A DNA stretch of 64,000 nucleotides, taken from positions 1-64,000 of the forward strand of contig JAPEUD010000039.1 of assembly GCA_026026165.1 (NCBI GenBank), read 5' to 3'. Of the stretch, positions 13,300 through 27,947 are shown in pieces. The DNA is from Sarea resinae (taxonomy: Eukaryota). The position numbers and the translations under genes were made by a program. The notes beneath the pieces are model-generated. The model saw only the letters and a program-made list of their open reading frames with translations. It did no database searches and was not told the origin of the DNA. Numbering within the stretch: the stretch's first letter is position 1; each line of letters begins with the position of its first letter.

Positions 13300-16200
13300 A
13301 TTCTAAACGCTCTACTAACACAGTAGTAGACTAAGTAAGATAGCAACAATAAATACATGTAATACTATAAGGGCTCCTAATACTCTGCTAGGTGAAGGAG
13401 CTAATAGAGACAATAGTAAGACAGTAGCAAGCTAGGTAGAAGGCAAAGTTAAGGAGCCTATCTCTAACTAGATCACTAATTAATTGCTAGACTAAATACA
13501 GTAAGAGCGTGACGCTAAAGAGCAGCAGGCTTAATATTGTTAACTCTAGAGAGAGATAGCCTAGTTCTATACAGAACAGCAACTACAAGCACTTGCGCAA
13601 GCATTGCAGCTAGGACAAGGCCTTATAGCTAGCACACTAGCACCTTACATCACTAATCAGACTAAAATCTAAGCTCTAGAGCTATTTACAAGCAAGATAA
13701 TTAAGGAGCATAATGAATTTATCTGATCCTATAAGATAGCGTTCTAACTAGGTGCTATTGCAGACAAAAGTAATAATATAGCAAAGGTGCTATATGCTAT
13801 ACAGTACCTAAAAGACAAACTAGCGCTAGCGTAGCACTAGGTTAAAGAATCTACTAGAAAAGACACCTATACCTAGGATAAATTTGTCTTATTCCTACTA
13901 GACTAAGTAGAAGATCTAGTAAATCAAAGTAGTTTAATGTTATAGCTATACTATAACACTACACAGGCGCTGCACTAGAGCATCAATAGCTTTACAGCTT
14001 TCCTAGAACAGATTGAACTAGAAGTGCTAAGAGAATAAGACATCTCTAAAGAGCAGCGATGCAACTTGTTCTATACTAAGATCTAAAGTGAAATTTACTA
14101 GGAACTGCTCTAAACCCTGCTAATACTACAAAAGTAGAGCGCTGCTATAGTGTTAGCAAATTAGGTAGAGAAACTCCTTTATATAAGTAATAAAGAGAAT
14201 AAGAATAAGAACTCTAATCTATCTAAGCTAGACAATAAGCGACAGTATAGCGATAGTGTAGAGAAGAGAAAGAGTTAGAACAAATAAGGAACTAAACAAA
14301 AGTTTAATCCTACTAAACGTAAGAGTAAAAGCCTACCTCTATAAGAATAAAAAACTTCTGCTTAGCCTAAGGATAATAAAGGCGATAAGTCTATACAGTA
14401 GCCTTAACAGCTCTCTAATAAGGAGTATTGCTACAAGTAAGAAGGCAACCTTTACCTAAACTATAGCTAAAAGAGCTACTTTGCTTCTACTTATAAGAAC
14501 AAACGCAACAACAAGCCTACGCTAGCTTTATAACTAGAGCTAGAACTCTACACTATTTACTATCTTAGTGTAGGAGAATCTTAAAGAGCTCTAACTCTAA
14601 GATTAGAGACGTCGCTAACTATTTACACCTCTAGTAGTACAGCAGATAGCATTGCCTTAATTGATTTAAGAGCAGAAGCTTCTCTAGTTTTGCAATTATA
14701 GATTAAGAAGTATAGGATCTCTAAGGCTAAGCTTAGGCAGCTACCTAGTGTAGTGACAGTGAACAGCTTACAAGTAGCAATTTACAGCTAACACTAATTA
14801 GAAATACAAGTCGCTAATAGTAATAGCGTGAGGAAGACAGTGTAGTGCTAGTTCCTTACCTACAACTTTAATAGTCCTCTATTCTTGCTTAGGTATCTAT
14901 AGCTGTCCTTATACCGCTACAATATACATTAGTTAGAAGGTAAATTCAGCTATGTTAAGCCTATAGATAAGCCTAGGCTTAGCAAGGAACATTAGAAGAA
15001 ACATTAGCTAAACTGCTAAGGGATTATAGTAGTGCCTAAACCTATAGAGGCAGTAAAGCTTCGCTAGGTTAGCGCTAGTAATAAGATACCTAAACAGTAT
15101 AAGGAATTTACTTCTGTCTTTAGCAAAGAGGAAGCTAGCTAGCTTCCTAAGCATAGCCTAGCTGACTATGCTATTAAGTTAGAGAGTAAAGACTCTCTCT
15201 ATAGTCCTATATATCTATTATCCTAGAAAGAATTAGGTATTCTACAGACCTACCTAGACAACAGCTTAGTAAAGAGGTAGATCACTCTCTCTATAAGCCC
15301 TATTAGTGCGCTAATCTTGTTTGTGCCTAAGAAGGATAGTAGCTTACGACTTTATATTGACTACTAGGCGTTAAACAAGGTTACTATTAAGAATCAATAC
15401 CTATTACCCCTTATTTCTAAGCTTATAGACTAAATAAGCAGTGCTAAAGTTTTTTTAAAACTAGACCTAAAGGATACCTACTACTGTATAAGGATCTGCA
15501 AAGGCGATAAGTATAAGACAGCGTTCTGCACTTATTACAGCTAGTTTAAATATAAGGTTATGCCTTTTAGATTAGCTAATACACCTGCTACATTTCAGAG
15601 CTATATTAATTATGTGTTACAAGGCCTAGTTAATGTCTGCTGCGTTATCTATCTAGACAACATTCTTATATACTCTAATTCACCTAATAAGTATAAGAAG
15701 CATATACGCTAGGTCCTTAAACAGCTATCAACTTATAGCCTATATATAAAGCCCTTAAAATGTGTCTTTAGAGTGTAGGAAGTTGATTTCTTAGGATTTA
15801 TTATTAGGACTAATAGTATCGCGATAGAGAAGAGCTAGGTAGACACTATAAAAGAGTGGCTAGCCTCTAAGACCTATTATAACCTCTAAGTCTTCCTAGG
15901 ATTCGCGAATTTCTACTAACAGTTTATAGAGAAATACTCTGTTAAAGCGCTGCTATTAACTAGCCTGCTTGCTAAGAGTAAGAACAGAAAGAAAAGCAGT
16001 CTATTCTACTTCTTTAAGGAAGCTAAGGAAGCATTTAAAGCCCTAAAAGAAGCTTTTACAACGGCGCCTATACTGCGCTACTACAATCTAAAGAGGTAGA
16101 TACAAGTAGAAACTAACGCTTCTAGATTTGCTGTTGCAGCAATTTTATCCTAGCTAGTCAAGGATAAACAAGGTGTAATAACAGCGTTAAGGTAGCACCT

Positions 16201-16418
16201 AGTTGCATACTAGTCTAGGAAGCTTACTAATACTGAATTAAGATATAAAGTGCATGACTTAGAGTTGCTAGCTATTGTAATAGCTTTTAAGCAATAGCGC
16301 TACTACTTAGAAGAGGCTAATTACTCTATTAAGGTCTTAACTAACTATACAAATCTACGCTACTTTATAGCAACAAAGGAGTTAACCTGTCGCTAGGCTA
16401 GATAGGCTAAACAGCTAG

Positions 16419-16808
16419 TGTAAGGGATCAAACTAGATCGCACTAGATAAGTGCTAGATAGTCCTAAAGATGCAGGAACCGCTGAATTGTAATGGCGCTG
16501 CTATGCTTAATAGTTGTCGAGTGTGTCACTGTCTTAGGTCTCGCTGCTAATATGTCTTAGAGAACTCAAATAGGCAGCAGAACAAGCGTATCGATTAATA
16601 TAAGCTATCGGCCTGTAGCCTAGTAACTGAGTAATAAGAAGAAGAGAAGAAAACTGACGCGCTAACTGCTTGCTTAACTAAATGCTAGAAAACTAATAGC
16701 TGAATGCGTGTATAAAGAACTAATGATGCTCTCTTTCTAAACCCCTAAGGAACACAACCCCACCACTAATACCTGATGACTAAGCTGTTGCCGGTTTACC
16801 CTATCATA
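16419..16808 (-). repeat. 3' LTR of inner Gypsy element
   Basis: TGTAAGGGATC...CCCTATCA(T)A; direct repeat of 27948-28337. Confidence 0.95.
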
Positions 16809-16899
16809 TCTGTCCCCTCTACAAGAGGAAGTTAGCCTATAACTTCTAAAAAGAAAAAGAAGATGCTTGACTAAAAGAGAGTGTAGATAGGCATGCTAT

Positions 16900-19800
16900 T
16901 ATTACAGGTTCCCTCTGCGTTTCCTAGTTGAGCGGCGAGGAGATAGATCTGTTGCTTGCTTGTGTGATTGCAGTAGTTCACCTATTGTAAGATTGCTAGA
17001 ATCCTCTCTAAAGGGATTCAGCTGCGGCGAGGTTTGATTGCAAGCAGATCGTTGTGGCTAGGCTGCTAAATAGTGCGATCTATTGTTAGAACTTGACTCT
17101 TAGTAGTGGCTCCCCTCTTTAGGAGTAGCTATTTCTGTCAGCGCCGGCGGATCTTCTATGCTAGGTGCAGGTAGTTCCCTTGTGCTTAGAGCAGAGGACT
17201 TAGGGTGAACGATTGCTGACAGAGCTGCAGAGGTACGTTGTTTCTTTAGTTAGCAAGGCAGGAACAGGCCTTTAGCTTTGCGCTTGTTAGGCTAGAGGGT
17301 GCTGGTCAGGCTAGAAGATATCAGGCTAATCGTGCTGAGCCTAGGCTCTAGGGTGGTTTGCCTAACTTCGGCCTCTAGTGATAACTTAATATCTAGTTGA
17401 GTGGGAAATTTTTGTCTGGCTAGGCTAGAAGATATCTTAAAGAGATCGTCATTGTTGTTGTCCTTAGAGAGCTGTAGATCGCTGTCATTGTCTTCTACTA
17501 ACACATTATGCTCCTTCAAATACTAATAGGACTTTTCTCTGTATAATCGCTGCTTAGCTCTCTTAAACACTGCAAATGCCGCCTTGTATTTTGTGATTGC
17601 TCGACGTCTCTACTTAGCTATAAAGAGCTTAGTGGCATCTGCATCTAGTCTGAAGAGGATCACTTGTTGTTCTATAACCTCTGGATTGTCGTAGCAGCGT
17701 CGCCTAACAAGTGCATCTGAAATAGCACTAAGCCTTGTAAGAGAGACTGCTGCGCTGAATTTGCCTAGAACTTAGCTGTGTATATTCGGGTGCCCTGACA
17801 GGCTATTTAGCAGAGGAACAAGGTCACAATGTGACACTAAGAGCTGATCCTAGGTGCCTGAGCCTGACATTTCTAGCGTCTGATAGTCCTTTTTGATTGC
17901 CACCTTCTAAGGGTAGACAACATTGCGCTTAGAGGTCGGTTTCTTTGTCGCACTGTAGATAATCTAAGGATCACTGAATCTAAGCCTAAGTTTAGGCATA
18001 GGACAAGGTGTCTTAGTGATTCTAAAATTGTCTTTGTCCTCTGCCGTCAGCTAATTTCTGTCTATCTGAGTGACACGACTATTGTGTTTGTAGAGCCTTG
18101 AATTGCGCTCTTTCACCCCTGCAGCCTAGTCACTAAAGATCTTATGCTATCTAAGATGCATACAGATGCAGTTGTTGTTGTCCTTGTGACTAAATGCAAC
18201 TGCGCTTTGCACTATATTGATGCTAGTACTGTCCTCTGCTATTTTGCAGACATTTTAGTCTAAATAGTAAAACCCTGTTTTATCCCCTAGTGATAACGAC
18301 TTAGTATAGTAAGGGTAGGATATCAGGCGTTTCTCTTAGTCAGGCTAGAAGTAAACAGTTAACAGGTAGTGAAGCAGATCTTGATTTAGTAGCTGTTAGA
18401 TAATAGAGTAGAACATAATGCGCACCTAGCCTAGATTTTCGTTGCTGTTTGCTTGTTGTTAGTGGTATTTGTAGACCGAAAATTCCTTGGCAATAGAACC
18501 TTCTATGTCTGTGTCCTGCACGATCTAGCTATATGCGTCTTTAACGATTGTGGATCCGTCCTAGTCCTATTCTGTCTGTTTCCTAGCACTAAGGAGTTTG
18601 TGAACGTATGCGAAGTCTGCCTTAATAGCTTGATCTAGCTCTTCTGCCTTCAATCGATACAATCCTCTAGCATCCGCCGGCCGCTCTAGTCGCGCTTTCT
18701 TAATGAACTATTGATAAGTTTCTTTCTAGAATCTGAAATCTGACAGATCTGCTAGTCAGGCTAGGAGTTGTTAGTAGCAGTCTGCTAACTCTTTATCTGC
18801 CAGATTATTCTTAAGACCTAGTCGTGAAGCCATAGCTCTAGTATGGTTCTAGCACAGTGTTCTAACTAGAGAGTCCCCTTGTGTGAGTCTCTCCTAAGTC
18901 CGAAGAATTTGCAATGCTGCCTTATTAGTAGCTAACTTTTTGCTTGTTATTAAGTCAATAAAATGTTTAGGCATTAGGTTAGAACAGGTGCAGCCTTTCA
19001 CGACCAGTCTGTCGGCTGGCTTAACGTCTGTGTTATCCTCTAGTTTCTTATAGCTAGGCTAGGAGATAGGTAGCGCAGGCGGCAAATCTCTGGCTTATCT
19101 GAATTCTGCTTTATCTATAGCAGTCTTCTTAGCAACTAGTCCTTCAATCAGCTCTTCATTGTCCCCTGTCTATGAACTATAGTCAGATTAGTTATCTGCA
19201 GGATCATTTTGTGCTAGAGCCCCTTTTGCAGTGTTCTCTCTCTTAGTACAGTACTTTAGGATGTTGCGCGGTCTAGTCTATGCTAGGTCTGCTAGACGCA
19301 GAATTCTATTGACGTCAATTATGCCCCTAACCTTGACAAGATCTTCTGTTGTAAACTGAAATAGCTTTAGTGTTGTTCCCTTTTAAAGTTGCTTCGCTGC
19401 CTTAGCTAGTCGCTCCTAATCCCCTAAGGTTTGCTCGACGACTTTCTTAGAAAGGCCTTGTTTGCCTGTCCCTAGAAGTCTCTTTATAGCCTCTCTGTTC
19501 GCTAGTTCTATCGCTTCAGCAAATCTGTACTAGGCTGCAATCGCTTTCATTTGATCTATATGATTTCGCGACATCTTAGCGTGCAATACACAGACAGCCT
19601 AATTGTATCCCTATTTGTTTTCTATTTTCTTGCGTCCTTTAGCAATGCGCTTATTCTTGTCTCGATATTCTTTGGCCAGCGCCTGCATCTGCAGGGATGC
19701 GGCAGACAGATAGTCACAAACATATGCAGCAAGGACAAGGTCTCTAGCTAATTCAGTCTCGTTCTACTTGTAAAGCTATAAATGTCAGTCATAGTATTTA

Positions 19801-20400
19801 GACATTTCGTCTGTAAAGGACTTATAAAAGGTAACCTTTGCAGCAGCGTCAGTAATTCCTCTGATATGCTAGTGTACCGCGGCAATGTTGTGGAATCCCT
19901 AACCCTAGATCATTAGGAACGCTGACTGTTGCACGACCCTAGTGGTGTCTGTCACCTTATTCATTGTATCTTCTAGCCTGACTAGCTGTTCTTCTAGTTT
20001 AGAAGTTTCTTAGGCGGATGCTGATAACGACTAGGCAGTGATTTGTTCTTGTAGGTTATTAGGTGATTGCTCTGCGCGCGATTCTTCTGCAGGTAACTCC
20101 TTAGCTAGTTCGGTTCGGCTTTGTATCTCAGGTGCCTCTCTAGATTCCTCGCCTTCTATTTCTTCATTGATGATAGAGAGATTAAACTGTGTAGTAGGGG
20201 TGATAAAGAGGTCCTAGCTATTGCTTTCAGACGAGATTAATAGTGGTGCTAGGGTTCTCTCCTCTGCAGAAGATTGCTAGCCGGCTATTCTTGCTGGTTT
20301 AATCTTCTAGACAGTCTAGAAGATAAAGGGGAATAAGATGTTGCTAGAGTTAATAGATAACGTTCTGATTGTATGCGTGAATTTTTCTGGTCAGGGTTCC
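16900..20400 (-). pseudogene. Extra ORF of the inner retrotransposon with a PhyH-like 2OG-Fe(II) dioxygenase domain (RIP-degraded)
   Basis: De-RIPed translation NLG[W]VRIMFYSII[Q]QLLNQD...PD..KRLISYPYYTK...GDKTGFx[H]LD (18258-18266)...VQSAVAF...NC...RFSDP.II[H][G]ATKKPTSKR (~17927-17980) gives an HxD...H...R arrangement. Ends are approximate. Confidence 0.6.
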
Positions 20401-23400
20401 TAGGCGATTTTTCTCTTAGAGAATCTAGGAGATCGTTATCTTATCTAATCAGTCAAGGGAAATAGCTTAGACAGAGTCTCAGTTATTGTCTAATGAGGTG
20501 GCAGACAGCAAGTGCCGATCACAAGCGAGCTAATGAGGCAGAAGGCGTAAGCGAACCACTTAGGAAGAGGATCTATAGTAGGTGAATGATATGAGAAAAA
20601 CAGACAAGACAGCGGCGGCAGAAATTGCATAAGAAGTAGGAAAATATTTAGAGAAGATAGAGGCAAGCAGGCAGAAGATGTTTTCTTATAGTCCTTGCTT
20701 AGGGTGCACGTGACTAGATTCCTGCCAATAATCGTCGGATATCAGCGTTGAAAAAGTGCTATCTTGCTTTTCTTTGTAGTGAATTTTGGCGTGTTATTGA
20801 GTTGAAGTGGTAGCGGCAGCGTTAGTGATGCGCTTAAGCGAGGTTCTTTGTTGCCTGTATTATTTCCTTGTTTACCCTCACTTTTAGGTGTGTTTCGCAC
20901 TAAAAAGTAAGGTGAAAGTGAGATGAGTTTGAGATAAGGTTAAGCGAGTAATAAGAACAGTCTCTGCAATGCTAGTCGAGGCGAATAGTAGCGGTAAGGC
21001 GGATATATAGTGCTCGTGCGAGTTAGGAATGCTTGTTGTGCGATTTTACTGACTTATAGCGTGTTGTTAAATTCAGATAGGGGCTGCATGCTCTGCAGTG
21101 TTACCCTTTAGGTCTGTCTAGGAGATTAGGCTAGCAGGGTCTGTTTCGCCTCAATATGAGCTGAAGAAGTGAAGTAATATAATGTGTAATAAATCAGAAA
21201 TGTTATCGCAGATTGTTAGGTATGCTGTGCTATGCGACATAAGCTGCGCCTCCTGCGCCTCTAGCAAGGTAGACCGTGGTTGAAAAGATCTAGCTAGACA
21301 AGGTTGTGCATATGCACACCCCTCTCTAGTTTCTTTTGAAACTTCTGGCTAGGCTAGAAAGTTTTGTGCTATATAATTAGCTGAGGTAGGATAACAACAG
21401 CGAACGATCTTCTGCAAGGCACTAAGGCCTGCAAGGCCTTGTATTCTTCTTGAGTTACTTGATTATTATTATCCTTAAGGTCCTTAGACTAAGTATTATC
21501 AGTATTATCCGCGGACTCGTCTTCAATCAGATAATCAGGCATAGGGGTAGGCGATCGCGTGTTCCTTGCAGAATCAGGTGGAGAAGGTCAGCACGTAAAT
21601 TTCTTTAGACGATTTCTAGGTGCGGTGCTGTTTAACTCGGCGCCGTCAAGTTCAGCAAGCTAGTAAGTTCCTCAGACAGGGTCAGCCTATATGACGCGAT
21701 AGGGGCCTATCTACCTATAGCAGAGTTTGCTTTAGAGCGAGTAGTCTGTAGCGAGCTTAGTGTCATGTAGTAATACCATATCATTGACGTTAAATTCATC
21801 TAGGCAGAGATTATAAACTTTATTAAATGCTTCTTTACCTTGTTCACGCATGCGGCGTAGATATAGCTAGGTTTCCTATAGATCTTTGTCGCGGCGTTGC
21901 ATTTGCTGAGCCTGTAATGCTAGTAATTCCGCAGTAGTTCGGACTGAATTCCAGTCTAATACGTGCTAGGTAGGAAGGTCTAATTCAACAGGCAAGACTG
22001 CGTCGTATCTATATAGCACTTGATAAGGTGTCTAGCTAGTAGAAATTCGAACCGTGGTGCGGTCAGCCTATAGGACTGTGTGCAAGTTCTAGACCTAATT
22101 TCCTATGCCTCTGTCTGTTATCTTAGCTAGTGCATCAACAATAGAGGTATAACCCCTTTCCACTAGGCCATTTGCTTGCAGGTGGTATGCTAAGACTACA
22201 ACGTGATTGATTCTGTACTTCTCTGTAAGAACATGTACAGACTGCTTGTTCTCTAGTCCTCTATTAGTAACTAGCTTCTGAAAGCATCTGTAGCGGCAGA
22301 TAACATCCTTGTAAAGGAATTTAGCAACAGTAGCAGAGGTAGCGTCTCCTATAGCGCGTGCTTCTACCTAGCCAGAAAAGTCATCCTAGGCAACGATAAT
22401 GTTCTTCCTATTCTAGCAAGCTAGTATATGTATTATGTCAAGGCTAACCTTCTCCTAACAGGCAAAAGACTAAGTCAGGTGTAAGGCCTCCTCTTGCTGT
22501 TTAGGGGCTCTCTCCTAACACTCCTAGCAGCTCCTAACGTATGTTACTACTTCTAGATATAGATCGCTCTACTAGTATTTATCTGCGATGCGCTAATAGG
22601 TGCTCTCTTAGCCTCTGTGTCCTCCTTGATCGTGGGCTTCCTCTAGGATGCAGGCTTTGTCAGCGTCTTAGTTAATAACTCTTTGAAGTGGCATATTCTT
22701 AGAGGCACGCTTAAACAAGTGTCAGTCGCGAACTAAGAATTTTAGGGCGTGATTCTTAAACTTGCAGAACTCTTTTGCGCTTATTTCTGCTGGCCAGACT
22801 AGGGAAAGAAGCTATCGTGCAATCTTCTGCGATTCGTCTGAGTAACTGTCCTTAAGAGGTAATAGAGGTTCTGCCTCTGCGCTGTTGCTATTCACAGATA
22901 TAGGAAAGACTCGAACAGGGTATAACTCTAAGTCTATCACATCGTCAATGTCTGCCTTGTTTTCTATATTAGCGATATCTTCTGCAGTAGCTGGCCGACG
23001 AGATAATCTATTAGCGGCACTATGCTTTTGACTAGGAACATGTCGAACAGTGAAGTCGAAAAGGCGGATCTATGCAAGCTATCAAGTAATAAGAGCACTA
23101 GGAAGGTCAGCTACAGGCATGTTAAGTTGTGCAACTAGGGTATTAGCATTGAGTTCCACTACAAAGGTCTGACTGTATAGGTAGACTCAGACTTTCTTCA
23201 GTGCCTTTAGCAGGCCTTAGCATTCTCGCTTTCCTGCATCGTACTTTTTCTCCGCGTCGTTCTAGAGTCTACTCTTAAATCAAACAGGGTGCTGTTTTCT
23301 AGTCTCTAGATTGACCTGCATAAGGTTCGCTCCCTAGCCTTCTCTACTAGCATCAACTCTAAGTATAATCTCTTCTCCTCCTAGTCTATAGATAATTGTC

Positions 23401-26400
23401 ACTAGTGCTAGCGCAGTAGTAAGAGCGTATTTTAGCTTATCTATAGCTAACACCTGATCTAGTCCCTAGACAAATTTAATATCCTTCTTGAATAAGATAA
23501 AGATCGGCCTAGCAATGATAGCGAACCTGTCAATAAAGATCCTATAGTAGACGCATATGCCGATAAAAGCCCTAGCTTCTGTAACATTCTAACAATCAGG
23601 CTATTCAACAATCTTTAGCACTTTAGTGCTGTCAGGGTGTCGGCTGTCTAAGTCGCAGACATAGCTAACAATCTTAATGCCTCCTATACAGAATTGAGAT
23701 TTCTCGCTAGAAACTATGCAGCTAGACCGCTCTATGTCTGCTAGAACCTTGTTGAGTGATTAGATATGCTTAGCTATGTAGCGCCTGATTCTAGGTAAAA
23801 TTTCTTTGCCTTTATAGTTAGATCAAGGCCCTTTAACACTGATGTCGTCTAGAAAAGGTCGAGCAAGATCAGGAATATAGTCGCTAAGAATCTTTGTGAC
23901 AATGCAGACGAATTGCGCAACTGAGTTTGTAGCTCCTTAAGGTAAAGTCGTCTAGTAAAGCAGGCCTAGAGGTGTTATAAAGGCAGTTATATCCTGGCAT
24001 TCTTCTACTAGTTCGATCTGATTATATCCTAAGAAGAAATTAATAAGTGAGGCGACTTGCATGCCAGCAAATTCCTCAGAAAATTCTTCTACTAAAGGCA
24101 GGAGGTTCGCGTCTTAAATCGTGACCTTGTTTATTGCTATTGCCGCGTTAACTATGCGATACTTTCTAGACTTCTTCTTGACTAGGAACCACAGGTTTTA
24201 GTACAGTCTGTGGCAGTGTTCTAGTAACCTATTCTTTAATCGTTCTTGTAGCATTTCGATAACCACTCTGTTTAGTGCTTGTGGAACTGAAAAACCATTG
24301 GCTTGCTAAGCGGTATGCAGAATAGTTTGTATCTCTTGCGCTAGCGCCACCTCCTTTCAGACCTTGCTAATTTCTAAGAAGTCCTACGCGAGAGCCTTCT
24401 TACGATTATAAAGCATCGCAGTAAGCATCTCTTTCTCTTAATCTAACATGCTGTCTCCTACAACTATTGTCTCTAATCTTTTAGGCGTAATACGAGATCC
24501 CTTTTGCAACTTCAAAAACTTTAGAATTAGCAACGCGTTAAAGTCTTCTTCTAGACAGTCCAGGTCTTTTTCGTGTAACGTTCTGTGGTTTGACGCGTCT
24601 TTCTCTTCTAACTCTCTTTTCTAGTCTTTCGCTCCTCTAGGCTTGCTACTGTCTGACACTAAAGTGTCAACTAGTCTGACCTTGTCTCCCTTTTTCTTGT
24701 ACATTATATAGACGTAGGCTGAGTCGACGTTTCCTCTCAGATTCAACTCTAGATTAAGCATCCTCTTAGAAAACCAGTAAGTTTCCCCTTAACCCACGTG
24801 TAACGCTTTAAACTCCTTAACTAAATCATCATTCTCCTAGTCTGTCCTAGAGAAATCCCTGGCCTTGTCATCTAGTTTCTGCCTGTCTTCTTCTTCTAAG
24901 CCTTGCTGTGTCAGTCTTATAGTCATAGCGAACACCTGCTTAGGATAGCGTCTGCTATCTAGTTTAAACAGTTCTAGCTAGGGAACACGTCAGCATGCCT
25001 TCTATCAGACGAACTTCCTACCTGTGCTGCACTAAACATCTTCGAATAACATCAGTCCTCTAAGAACACAGTGCACATTGTTGTTCTGTTGTCCTACACC
25101 TTAGTGCGTATGCAAGCGGCAATCTAATACAGTTGACTAAGGATAAGCAGTCGATCTAGTTAAGTAGTGATGAAAATAGGTACCCTGCTAGTGATACCTC
25201 TAATATCGACTTCAATATCTTTAGCGCATCCTATAAATAGTGCTGGCTTCCCTTTAATGCCAATCATTGTAGTAGCTAGTTAAGGAGTCTAACTTAGCCT
25301 GAGATTCTTTGCTGTTAATAGGCTTATCAGACATATCTTAGCACCACTGTCTAACAATCCTCTTATTCTCCTTTTTCCTTTGATGCTCACTTCTGCTATC
25401 ATACACCTAGCAGCATATAACGTGGAATTCAGTATTTCCTTATCGGTATAATCGTTGCTTTCTATCTTTCTAACTATCACTAGGCGATCTATATCATGCT
25501 GTCTAGCTGCGAGATAGCCTTCTAATCTTCTGCCTAAAGGGTACGACTTATCTCTAAGGTTCTTAAAGAAAAGCTTCTGAACTTTAGGCGCATTCGAAAG
25601 AAGATCCTTGACTGTGACGTGGTTAAGCTGCTGATCTAGTATCATGTCTACAATAGAAGCAGGGTTAGCGTCTTCTCTAAGGTAATCAGACAATCAGCGT
25701 CGACGAGTTTTTCGTTGATGTGTTTCTTCTACCTTATCTATTAGTTCTAGCTTAGCGAACTCTACCCTCTTCTTAGAACTGCTAGCTAGACTAGGACATT
25801 GCAGAGGCTGTTCTTTGTGACAGACTATATCTCTCTTCTTAAGAACACGACTGCTCTAGTACGTCCTAGGGCAGATGTTCTTAGCTGCAGGCAACTTTTC
25901 TTCCTCCTAAATTCGCCTCTTATAGACTCTAGCATCTGGGTCTTGTACAGGTTTCTGTGTAGCAGAGTTAGATCCTCGCCTAAGGATCCTCTTAGGTTGT
26001 CTTGCTAAATAGACATTCGATTAGTCATAGTTATTGGCTTCTACGTCTGTGTCATCTGGCTTAAGATCTGCTGCACAAATAGAACTAACCCTTGCTAAGT
26101 TAACCCCTAAACTAAGGCTTAGCTGCTCCTTCCTTTCGTTATACATCCTTTTCTATTCTCTGTCAGCAAATAGGGCTCGATATTCGCTAGGAGGAATATG
26201 CAACTCTGCTCTGCTATGTCCTTTAGGACCCTAACACATTCGACAACGTTCGTTGAAATAAATCTTCCTACTTGCAAGGAGCTGCTGCATTAGCAGGCAA
26301 TTGGCGAATCTATAGCGCTAGTCACTGCATCTAAAACATCTAGTCAATTAAGCACGGTTTGCATCGCGAGCTAGATCTGCTCTATTATTCTGCTAGCTAG

Positions 26401-27947
26401 TCTAGTAGTTTAGTGCGCTTGCAACTTTTAGGGCAGAAGATAGCATCTAAGCAAGGAGCTTAGCAGTGTTCGCGGCACTTGCTGTAACTGCCTTGATTAG
26501 AATCATCAAGCTAGCTAACCTGTCTGCTAATTCGTCTATGACCTTATTAACCTTCTTGCTTGCTGTTCCTTCTACATGATCTTACACAACTAGAGGTTAG
26601 AGTAGCTCTGCTACAGCAGCCTTTAGAGCTAGGTGCTGTCCTTTAATTAAGGTCTTTACTATCTTTGTTAGCTCTGTCTCATTCAGCTTCTGCAGTGCCT
26701 GCATAGATTGACATTGCTTGATAGCGATGTCAAAGATCTTCTTAAAGTCGATATTAGTAGAGTTGTAATTGTCTAGATCAATATAGCCTCGCGTGATAAC
26801 TTTGACTTAGATCTCTTAGAGAAGGCCTTAGAGGAACTATAACATGCGAGTATAGGCATCTAGCTTGTTTTTCTGGCATAGGGTTTAAGAGATGCTCTAG
26901 AACTAACGACAATATTGACAGATCTCTTCTGCATTCGAACAGGGTTTCTCTTTAAGGGCTTTAAGGTAAGTTTAGGAGTTGATTTGCTGCTCTACGTCCT
27001 GATTAGAGTAGTCTTTCAGCAGCGATTTCTTAAACTCATCCTAGTCCACAAGATACTCTAGCATAGTCTTAATACTGCGAGACACAATACTCTTACAATA
27101 ACGTGGAAGCCGCTTAAACATCTTAGTTTAGTCAAGCTAGTAATCCTTGCACAGTCCTTTATATCTCTCGAGGAACTCTGTAGCGTTCACCCTGTTAAAA
27201 TATGGTACGCTATAGGTCCTAGGGGACAGCATAGGAGTGAGATAACGCATAGTAGGCAGGAATGCAGTGCTAGCAGCCATTGTAGGTAGTGTTAGTAATT
27301 CTAGTGAACTGTCTCCTAAAAAGTGCAGAGGAGAACGCGTTTGCATAGCAGTAACAATCGCAGCTGCAACAGAGTTTGCCGTTTCTCAAATGATTGCTTG
27401 AATGAATTGTGTTGACTTATAAGGGCACTTGTCTTGTTTGCTGCTTTTAACTTTCTTGTGTTCAGACCTCGTCTCACTCTCGCCGATCTACTCATCTCTA
27501 GTAGCGCCTCAAACATCCCTTAGCGCACTCCTTAACGCACAATAAAGCTGTTCCTTCTGTCTGTTCTCCCTGCATACTGCGCGATAAACCGCCTTATCGC
27601 TGAATAAACTGTAAGCTGTTAAGGATCGCCTCTAACCTCCTTAGATAAATGGCTGTCGCCCAACTATTTTGACAATAAGATCTGGCTAGTCTAGTAGAAT
27701 TTTTCGTCGTGTAATCTCTGAACTTCGCGTCTTTGTTTCTGAATTCTTTTAGGGTCTCTGCGATTCCTACTTCTTGTCTCCCTTGTATCGTGCTGACCTT
27801 TTAGAGTCCTAATCGTACAGGCTAGGTTTTGTACCAGCCTTGCAGATCTAGCAACCCTCCTGTGTATCCTTCAAGCAGTGTTTATACTTATCTGCAGAGC
27901 ACTTTCTAGTCGAATCTGTGTTGATCGAGCCCTGCGTAGGTCACTAA

